The notes under the pieces: generated by a model
Told to the model about the DNA's origin: nothing
The model's input: only the letters and a program-made list of their open reading frames with translations
Databases searched by the model: none
Translations under genes and position numbers: made by a program
Assembly (NCBI GenBank): GCA_965223325.1
Contig: CBDCWI010000001.1
Location: 1,920,001-1,984,000, forward strand
Length of the DNA stretch: 64,000 nucleotides
Direction of reading: 5' to 3'
Origin: Candidatus Multivoradales bacterium
GTDB lineage: Bacteria; Acidobacteriota; Thermoanaerobaculia; Multivoradales; Multivoraceae
Part shown: piece by piece, positions 57,336-64,000 of the stretch
Layout of the letters: every line of letters begins with the position of its first letter
Position numbering within the stretch: the first letter of the stretch is position 1

Positions 57336-59690
57336 CTACCCGGCAATGGAGCGGCCGCGCTCGACGGCTTCTGCCGCCTCGGCCTGCCGACCCGAACGAT
57401 TGAGAATGTCGGAGAGCACATACCAACCGAGCTGAATGTCATCGCGTAGCTCGAGTCCCTTGCGGGCCGCCTCCTCGGCCCGCTCGAGCTCGCCGGCCTC
57501 CATCAGGGCCTTGCCGAGGAAGAAGTAACCGACGGCGAAGTCGGGCTTGGATGCGATCGCCTGCTCGAGCAGTGCCCGTTCGCGCGCTTTCTGGCCGAGA
57601 GCGCCCTCGAGTCGGGCGAGGTTGAACTGCGCCTGGTAGTGCTTCGGGGCGCGTGCGATCGCAGCTTCGTAGGCGCGCCGGGCACCCTCGGCATCCCCCG
57701 CCTCTTCGGCAAGCACGCCGAGGTTGAAATGCGGTTGGGAAAGCTCAGGCTTCGCCTCGAGGGCGCGCGCGAAGCTTCGTTTGGCAGCTTCGGGTCGCTC
57801 CGAGAGGGCTTGGACTTCGCCGAGTCGGTTCCAGATCGCCGCCGGGACTCCCTCGCGCGCCGCCGCGACGAGCGCCTCGCGGGCGACATCCAGGTTGCCG
57901 CGTTCGACCTCGAGATCGGCGATCGCCAGGCTGGCCTTCGAGTCCTGGCCCGCGATGTCGAGAATCCGCCGGAAACCCAGGAGAGCATCGTCGATGCGGC
58001 CCTGCGCCCGATGGCAGCTGGCCAGTCCGAACAGTGACGGCCGATGCCCACTGTCGAGCTCGAGGGCGCGCTGGTAGTGACGCATGGCGGCTTCTGGGTT
58101 CTCCTGGCGCAGGGCGACCTCGCCGAGCAGCTGATGGCCGTCGATCAGGGCCGGATCTTCGGCCAGGGCGCGTTCGAGGAGCGCGGTTGCCTCCTCGTCG
58201 CGGCCCTCACTCACCTTGCCCTGCGCGAGCATGATGCCGCGGTGCAAATGGACCTTGGTCTTGGGATCAGGCCGCGGAACAGAGGGGTCCCACGAGCTCG
58301 CCGCGACTTCCCCCGGCCCGGCGACATAGCCCAGCGCCTGTAGTTGTGCGAGCGCCTGCGGGTCGAGGTCGGCGGCCTCAGCGCCCACTGCACCCTGCTC
58401 GATCTCACTCGCGAGTGCCTCGAGTTCGACAAGCAGTGCCGCACCCTCGGGGCCGTCCTCGAAGAGGTTGCGCTTTTCCCCGGGATCTTCGTTGGGCCGG
58501 TAGAGCTCGGGCTCGGGAGCCGCAATGAGCTTCGCCGCCGCGCTGCGCAGCACGCGCAGCGGTGACCAGCCATAGTGCAGGAGCGGGTAGAACGACTCGG
58601 CGTAGACTGCGCGCTCGGCCATCGCCTCCTTGGCGCTGCCTCTGAGATCAGGCACAAGACTTCGACCCTGCATGGCTTCGCCGACCTCCTGGCCCGTCAG
58701 CTCGAGGAGAGTCGGTGCGATGTCGACGTGGCTCACCGGCAGGGCCGAGCGCAGAGCCTCCGGCGCGCGACCGCGCGGCAAGCGCACGATCAAGGGCACA
58801 TGGACCGTGCTCTCATAGACGAAGAGGCCATGGAAGAGCTCGCCGTGATCGCCGAGGCCCTCGCCATGATCCGAGGTCACCACGAGCGCCGTCTCGGCGA
58901 GCAGCCCCCGTTCTTGGAGATCGTCGATGAAACGACCGACCAGTGCATCGGTGTAGGCGATCTCCGCGTCGTAGGGGCGGCCCGGGTACTGCGAAGCGAA
59001 GGGCGCTGGCGGCGTGTAGGGATCGTGCGCATCAAACAGGTGCAGCCACACGAAGAATGGACGATCGGGGTCGCTCCGCTTGTCGAACCAGTCGAGAGCT
59101 GCGGCAATCGTGTCGGTTCCTGGCCGTTGCACCGAGCCGAGGTTCGGATTCTCGAAGGCACCGAGGTCGAAATCGTCGTAGTAGTGGCCGAAGCCGCGGG
59201 CGATGCCCCACCGCGCGTCGAGGACGAAGGCGCTGACGAACCCGGCCGTGTCATAGCCGGCCTCGCTGAAGGTCTCCGCCAGCGTGCGATTCTGGTCGGA
59301 AAGGTAATAGCCGACGTTCTCGCGCACCCCGTGGAATGGCGGATAGGTGCCGGTCATGATCGAGCTGTGGGCCGGAAAGGTGAACGGCACCGTCGTCTGA
59401 GCGTTGGTGAACAGAGTGCCTTCAGCAGCCAGGCGATCGAGGTTCGGAGTTCGGACGTCTCCTCCCAGGGCGCCAATGCGGTCGGCTCGAAAGGTATCGA
59501 GGGTGACGAGCACGACGTTGCGCACCGAAGCAATCGGCGGGCCGTCGGCCTCGGCAACCGTACTGACGGAGTCGACCGCCGTTTCGCGGCCGCAGGAGAT
59601 GGAAACAAGGGCGAGGGGCAGGGCAAGAAGAGCAGCGATCCACCGGAGCGTCGGCCGGCCCGCGGTGCAGTGACCATCGGAAGAGAGCAT
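57336..59690 (-). CDS. Sulfatase-like lipoprotein with C-terminal TPR repeats
   Basis: VSISC lipobox, VTLDTFRAD, TTVPFTFPAHSSIMTG, HLFDAHDPY, SDHGEGLGDHGE, many TPRs; paralogue of 8352..10349. Confidence 0.87.
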   Translation of the reverse strand: MLSSDGHCTAGRPTLRWIAALLALPLALVSISCGRETAVDSVSTVAEADGPPIASVRNVVLVTLDTFRADRIGALGGDVRTPNLDRLAAEGTLFTNAQTTVPFTFPAHSSIMTGTYPPFHGVRENVGYYLSDQNRTLAETFSEAGYDTAGFVSAFVLDARWGIARGFGHYYDDFDLGAFENPNLGSVQRPGTDTIAAALDWFDKRSDPDRPFFVWLHLFDAHDPYTPPAPFASQYPGRPYDAEIAYTDALVGRFIDDLQERGLLAETALVVTSDHGEGLGDHGELFHGLFVYESTVHVPLIVRLPRGRAPEALRSALPVSHVDIAPTLLELTGQEVGEAMQGRSLVPDLRGSAKEAMAERAVYAESFYPLLHYGWSPLRVLRSAAAKLIAAPEPELYRPNEDPGEKRNLFEDGPEGAALLVELEALASEIEQGAVGAEAADLDPQALAQLQALGYVAGPGEVAASSWDPSVPRPDPKTKVHLHRGIMLAQGKVSEGRDEEATALLERALAEDPALIDGHQLLGEVALRQENPEAAMRHYQRALELDSGHRPSLFGLASCHRAQGRIDDALLGFRRILDIAGQDSKASLAIADLEVERGNLDVAREALVAAAREGVPAAIWNRLGEVQALSERPEAAKRSFARALEAKPELSQPHFNLGVLAEEAGDAEGARRAYEAAIARAPKHYQAQFNLARLEGALGQKARERALLEQAIASKPDFAVGYFFLGKALMEAGELERAEEAARKGLELRDDIQLGWYVLSDILNRSGRQAEAAEAVERGRSIAG

Positions 59691-59809
59691 CGACGGACGC
59701 TACCTCACCGCCATTTCAGGCCTGAGGCGGCAAACGACGGCGCGTTCAAAACCGGGCGCGAGTGATCCACACTTCCAACCCGCCCTCTGTCCAGGTCGTC
59801 CCAAATGTC

Positions 59810-59838
59810 TTGCTCCCCCAGTTCACTGAACGTATAGT
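59810..59838 (+). promoter_or_regulatory. Sigma70-type promoter with overlapping BetI-like operator
   Basis: TTGCTC (59810-59815), 17-bp spacer, TATAGT (59833-59838). Imperfect palindrome ACTGAACGTATAGT (59825-59838) overlaps the -10. Confidence 0.6.
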
Positions 59839-59904
59839 CAGCGAAACCGAGCCTGCGCCGCACCGAAAAGACGTTCGAGGCCTCGGCCAGAAAGGAAGGC
59901 CCCC

Positions 59905-60324
59905 ATGACGACCCTCAAGGTCCCATTCGCCCTTCGCGTCGCCTTCGTGTCGATTCCGCTGCTGGCTCCGCTCGCCCCTGTGGCGGCCCAAACCACTGGC
60001 ACCCTCCGCGGCACGGTCGTCGACCAGGAGGGCACAGTGCTTCCGGGGGTCACGGTCACCGCCACCAGCGAAAGCCGCGGCACCCAACGCTCGGTGGCCT
60101 CAGGCGCCAACGGCGTATTCGTCGTAACGTCACCTCCGGTTGGCACGTACACCGTCAGCGCAACTCTCGACGGTTTCCATGACCGCATAATTCCAGGCGT
60201 ACGCATCGGCATGAGCTCGGCAGTTTCACTGCGGGTTGAGATGCCGCTGGCTTCGGTGGAAGAGACCATCACCGTTTCGGCCACGCCGGTGCTTGACGTC
60301 GTCGTCTTCGCGTCCCCTGGCTGA
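59905..60324 (+). pseudogene. 5' remnant of a TonB-dependent receptor (signal peptide plus carboxypeptidase-regulatory-like domain)
   Basis: AQTTGTLRGTVVDQEGTVLPGVTVTATS...GTYTVSATLDGF...EETITVSATPVLDV, then stop; plug and barrel domains are absent. Confidence 0.7.
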
Positions 60325-61928
60325 TGGCTGAAGGAACCTGCCGAGCGGAACAGAAGGCGCGCACACGCGAGCGCCTTCTCAGCGCAACCCACGTCGTGAT
60401 CGCACGCGAAGGTCTCTCCTCGACGACTGTCGCGCGAGTGGCCGAAGAAGCGGGCGTTTCGCAGGGGACGGTCGCATTCCACTTCGAAGGTAAACAGAAG
60501 CTGCTTCGCGAAGCGCTACGCCAACTCGTCGAGAGGTACAACGCCGATATCGAAGTGGCGCTAGCCCAGGCTCCTGCCCATCCGGCTGCACGGCTCCAGG
60601 CGCTGGTATCAGCCCTCTTGCGGCACGCCGAAGACGGCGACCATCTCACCACCTGGTACGCCTTCTGGGGCGATGCTTCGGCGCGTGCCATCTACCGTGA
60701 AGTTGGTGGGCCGGTAGATGCCAGAACGCTAGACATCATCGTTGACCTCGGCCGCAAACTGTTTCCCCATCATGCCGAGACCGATATCGCCGAACAGATG
60801 GCCGACACGCTGATGGCGCTGGTCAACGGCTTCTGGCTTTCCAAACTGATGCGCCCCAACGAAGTCGATCTCGCCAAAGCGGAACGTATCTGCATGAACA
60901 TTATCGACATGCTACGCGCCGAGGTCGGACCCTGGCCTCAGGACTTCGAGCGCTGGTTGCCGGCGCAGTCCTGGGTCTGCCAGCCGGTTGGTGAGCTGGC
61001 ACGCAAGTACGACACGGTCGAGACCCACGGCTGGTATCGCAACCTCGAGCCGACGGCCCTGGAATTGCGCCGCGAGCTCGAGCCCGGCTCGCTGTGGCTC
61101 GACTACTCGGGCGGCACCGGCATCCTTGTCGATCGGCTGCTGCATGACGAACCTGGGCTCGACTTCGGGGCACTACTCGTCGATGCGTCACCCAAGTTCT
61201 TGCGGCTGGCACTCGAGAAACTGTCTGCCGACCGTCGGACCGCCTTCCGTTGGATCCGCTATCTCAAGAACGAGAAACGCTTGCAGCGACTCGACGAAGT
61301 CTTGAGTCCCCTACTCCTCGAAAGAGGTTTCGACGCGCTCACGTCGACCAACGCGATCCACCTCTACTACGACATGGAAGAAACCCTGCGTTCGTGGTGG
61401 AAGGCCCTCCGTCCCGGTGGCCTCGCTCACGTGCAGTCCGGCAACATCGACAACCCGAACGCCGGTCCGGAGACCTGGATCATCGACCAGACCGTGGAAC
61501 GCCTGCAGCCGTTTGCCCACCGCCTGGTCCGCGAAGACCCGCGTTTCGAAGAGTTTCGCGCTGCAACCGAGGATGAGGCTCGAATGAAGCGCTACGACAA
61601 GCTGCGCGCCAAGTTCTTTCTGCCGGTGCGGCCGCTCGCCTTCTATGAGGAGCAGCTACAACAGGCCGGCTTTACCATCGAAGCGACCCATGCAGTTCCG
61701 ATCGAGGCGAGCGTAGAAGAGTGGGGAGACTTTCTGGCGGCATACCACGAAGGCGTGCTGGGCTGGGCCGGCGGATCGCCGCGGGTGGAAAAGGAGACCC
61801 GAGACAGCCCCTCCGAGGCAACCGTCGCGCTTCGCCGCGAGTTGCTGCAGGCCTCTCTCGAGGCCCTCTTCGAAGGGCGAGAGACCTTCGAGGCCAACTG
61901 GACCTACTTGACCTGTCGCCGCGCCTGA
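60324..61928 (+). CDS. BetI-like TetR regulator fused to a class I SAM-dependent methyltransferase
   Basis: HTH TVARVAEEAGVSQGTVAFHFEGKQKLL and BetI-like WYAFWG / ALVNGFWL, then WLDYSGGTGIL, LVDASPKFL, FDALTSTNAIH, ALRPGG in one continuous 534 aa frame. Confidence 0.82.
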   Translation: MAEGTCRAEQKARTRERLLSATHVVIAREGLSSTTVARVAEEAGVSQGTVAFHFEGKQKLLREALRQLVERYNADIEVALAQAPAHPAARLQALVSALLRHAEDGDHLTTWYAFWGDASARAIYREVGGPVDARTLDIIVDLGRKLFPHHAETDIAEQMADTLMALVNGFWLSKLMRPNEVDLAKAERICMNIIDMLRAEVGPWPQDFERWLPAQSWVCQPVGELARKYDTVETHGWYRNLEPTALELRRELEPGSLWLDYSGGTGILVDRLLHDEPGLDFGALLVDASPKFLRLALEKLSADRRTAFRWIRYLKNEKRLQRLDEVLSPLLLERGFDALTSTNAIHLYYDMEETLRSWWKALRPGGLAHVQSGNIDNPNAGPETWIIDQTVERLQPFAHRLVREDPRFEEFRAATEDEARMKRYDKLRAKFFLPVRPLAFYEEQLQQAGFTIEATHAVPIEASVEEWGDFLAAYHEGVLGWAGGSPRVEKETRDSPSEATVALRRELLQASLEALFEGRETFEANWTYLTCRRA

Positions 61929-62166
61929 TGCCCGAGAGCTCTAACAGCCCCACCCCACGACCAGTGGTCGACTGGCCGGCCCTTGTTCTCTCCGTAGCGA
62001 TCGTTCTGGGCGCCTGTTTGATCCTTGCGGTGGACGCAGCCTAGAGGCCCTGAAATCGGCCTCATTGATTGCGTCCGCAGCGCTTCTCATCATCTTCTTG
62101 CTTCCCATGGCCATCGCGCTCGGCCGCTCGCTCCGTCAGGCGGCGCGCGACCAGGGCCTGACCTGA
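61928..62166 (+). pseudogene. Internally deleted BCCT (betaine/carnitine/choline) transporter remnant
   Basis: Frame from 61928: MPESSNSPTPRPVVDWPALVLSVAIVLGACLILA (BCCT TM1-like). Shifted frame from about 62029: GGRSLEALKSASLIASAALLIIFLLPMAIALGRSLRQAA (BCCT last-TM-like), stop 62164-62166. Confidence 0.62.
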
Positions 62167-62185
62167 ACCCCAGGAGAACTCCCCG

Positions 62186-63163
62186 ATGCCTTCGACGCTG
62201 ATGGACCACATCAACGCTGGCCAGCACCTGTTGATCGACGGTGCGACCGGAACCGAACTCGAGCGCCGCGGCGTACCTATGCACGACAAGGCCTGGTGCG
62301 GCAGGACGCCGCTGACCCACGGCGAGGTGCTGCGAGAGGTTCATCTCGACTACATTCGCGCCGGCGCACAGGTGATCACCTCGGACACCTTCGGCTCGGC
62401 CAAGCACGTTCTCGAAGACTCGGGGCTGGGCGACGAGTTCGTCGCCATCAACCAGGCAGCGATCGAGATCGCCCGCCAGGCGGCCGACGAGGCGCCCGTC
62501 GACCACCCGCTCTGGGTTGGCGGATCGGTGTGCACCAGTTTCGTCGCCGGCAACGATATGGCCGCCCTCGACCCGGCCCGCGCCCGCCTCGGCTTCCGTG
62601 AGCAGATCGCGATTCTCGTCGATGGTGGTGCCGACCTCTTGATGCTCGAAATGGTGTTCGCCCATCTCGATCGGGTCGGAATCGAGATCACCGTCGATGC
62701 GGTGGAGGCGGCAGCGGCGACGGGGCTACCGGTGTGGATCGGGATGTCAACGAAACTCGCCAAAGAGGGCAACGACGTGCTGCTCTTCGGTTCGAGCGAT
62801 CCCTACGACCTGCGACCCGATGAGCCCGACACCACCGTGCCCTTCGACGAGCGCGTCCTGCCGGCCTTCCGGGCCGGAGCCGCCCTCGTCGGAATCATGC
62901 ATTCAGATGTCACGGCGTGTTCGCCTTCGCTCGAAATCCTGCGCACTCTCTGGGACGGCCCGATCGCGGCCTACCCACACAGCGGGCACTGGGAGAACCC
63001 CTACTGGAACTTTGCGTCCGTCATGCCGCCCGAGGCCTACCTGAAAGAGGCAAGGGGCTGGGTCGAGCGCGGCGCAACGGTGATCGGCGGTTGCTGCGGC
63101 ATCGGCCCCGCCCATATCGAAACGCTGCACCGGCAGCTCCTGGGCGGCGCCTACGTCGGCTAG
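62186..63163 (+). CDS. Homocysteine S-methyltransferase family protein (MmuM/BHMT-like)
   Basis: LIDGATGTELERRG, VHLDYIRAGAQVI, GADLLMLEM, IGGCCGIGPAHI; AGGAG RBS. Confidence 0.9.
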   Translation: MPSTLMDHINAGQHLLIDGATGTELERRGVPMHDKAWCGRTPLTHGEVLREVHLDYIRAGAQVITSDTFGSAKHVLEDSGLGDEFVAINQAAIEIARQAADEAPVDHPLWVGGSVCTSFVAGNDMAALDPARARLGFREQIAILVDGGADLLMLEMVFAHLDRVGIEITVDAVEAAAATGLPVWIGMSTKLAKEGNDVLLFGSSDPYDLRPDEPDTTVPFDERVLPAFRAGAALVGIMHSDVTACSPSLEILRTLWDGPIAAYPHSGHWENPYWNFASVMPPEAYLKEARGWVERGATVIGGCCGIGPAHIETLHRQLLGGAYVG

Positions 63164-63274
63164 TCCTCCGTACCAGTGAAACGGCTGTTGGCTGAGTGGA
63201 TGATCGCGCTCGAGATCAAGGCGTCACGACGCAGGCGTATTGGCGATCTGTCGAGGAGTGACAACACAGAGATC
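63164..63274. mobile_element. MITE-like family B, diverged/partial copy
   Basis: After CTAG (63160-63163): TCCTCCGTACCAGTGAAACG (degenerate TIR), then about 90 bp nearly identical to the reverse complement of 25230-25320. Second TIR not found. Confidence 0.72.
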
Positions 63275-63388
63275 TTGCCGGCCGGATCGAGTCCGAGATC
63301 GAGCCACTCCTGGTCAGCCAGCGTCCTCCAGAACCAAACAAGGTGATATACTAGTTATAACAGTTATATGATTCTCCCGGAGAACGCG

Positions 63389-64000
63389 TTGAAAAGAACA
63401 CTGTGCACGATCCTTAGTCTGCTTTCTTGTCCACTCGCGAGCGCCCAGGTGACGACCACCTTCAGCATTTCACCGGAAGACATCGGAGTGGGGTCGTCGA
63501 CGACGTTCACCTACACCATCACCAACAACACATCCGAAACGATCACGGACATGGCCCTGCACCACGCCCTTCCAGATGAGCTTCGGGCCGTGGTTGGGGG
63601 TTCCGAGTCAGACTGCGATGGCGATGCCTATGCCGGATGGATTCCAGAGAACAGCACCTGGCCTGAGGGAGCTGTGTTCCAGCCGCCCAACTACAACACC
63701 CTCAGTTGGGCCGACCTGGCACCAGGAGGAACTTGCCAACTCACCGCGGAGGTCCGCGCGGTCGCTCCCGGCGCCTACACTCTCCAGCCCGAGGACCTCA
63801 CGTGGAGAGTCGGTACCAACGAAGGCAACGAGGGCTTTTCGACGGCCCTTCTCGTTGTCGAAGCCGAACGACCCGGAATTAGCAGCTCCTTCGGACGGGA
63901 CTTCGCAATGCTCGGACAGGACTTTCCGTTCGAGATCGAGATCGACAACACCTTCGGCTCCGAGCCGCTCACCTTCCTCGACCTGCTCTACGAACTGCCG
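63389..64000 (+). CDS. Secreted DUF11/Ig-like repeat protein, truncated by window end
   Basis: Not in the ORF track. GGAG RBS, TTG start, MKRTLCTILSLLSCPLASAQ signal peptide, then GSSTTFTYTITN...LPDEL...LAPGGTCQLTAEV; frame open to 64000. Confidence 0.72.
   Translation, partial: MKRTLCTILSLLSCPLASAQVTTTFSISPEDIGVGSSTTFTYTITNNTSETITDMALHHALPDELRAVVGGSESDCDGDAYAGWIPENSTWPEGAVFQPPNYNTLSWADLAPGGTCQLTAEVRAVAPGAYTLQPEDLTWRVGTNEGNEGFSTALLVVEAERPGISSSFGRDFAMLGQDFPFEIEIDNTFGSEPLTFLDLLYELP

Noticed and set aside
45162-59690. Glycan cluster as an integrated mobile island
   Set aside because: No catalytic integrase, tRNA or flanking direct repeats seen, and no obvious compositional break by eye.
60322-62044. 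TGA 60322 or TAG 62042 as recoded Sec/Pyl codons
   Set aside because: No redox motif or SECIS, and the downstream homology continues in a different frame, which fits deletion remnants.
1-64000. CRISPR arrays, rRNA, tRNA, transposases, defence systems
   Set aside because: No regularly spaced repeats, RNA gene signatures, or DDE/HUH/nuclease motifs were found by eye.

Overview
GC-rich bacterial window, densely coding. Gene content (ADOP-type duplicated permease, sulfatase-TPR proteins, carboxypeptidase-regulatory-domain TonB receptor fragment, PQQ dehydrogenase, GCP-II) suggests Acidobacteriota, possibly Thermoanaerobaculia; this is inference. Main points: (1) the ORF track splits a GrdB/PrdB-family selenoprotein (in-frame TGA at 2741, U-P-V-C motif, SECIS-like hairpin). 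It is translationally coupled to a sulfoquinovose-monooxygenase-type operon (smoC, smoB, sodium:solute symporter, convergent GH188-like oxidoreductase) that has no flavin reductase in the window. (2) A PlsC + FeeM-like GNAT + MMPL + TonB receptor operon lies divergent from an LCAT-like lipoprotein and a sulfotransferase (candidate aminolipid synthesis/export). (3) A surface-glycan tailoring cluster contains a sulfotransferase, a LysA-like decarboxylase, an ATP-grasp/GT2 fusion and a 2OG oxygenase. (4) A BetI-like TetR-methyltransferase fusion is flanked by remnants of a TonB receptor and a BCCT transporter, upstream of a homocysteine S-methyltransferase. (5) There are two MITE-like families at CTAG/CTAA sites, three Thr-type sulfatase-like proteins, and a recurring leaderless-promoter signature. 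No rRNA, tRNA, CRISPR array or transposase was seen. Family calls come from motif recognition and recalled homologues, not database searches.
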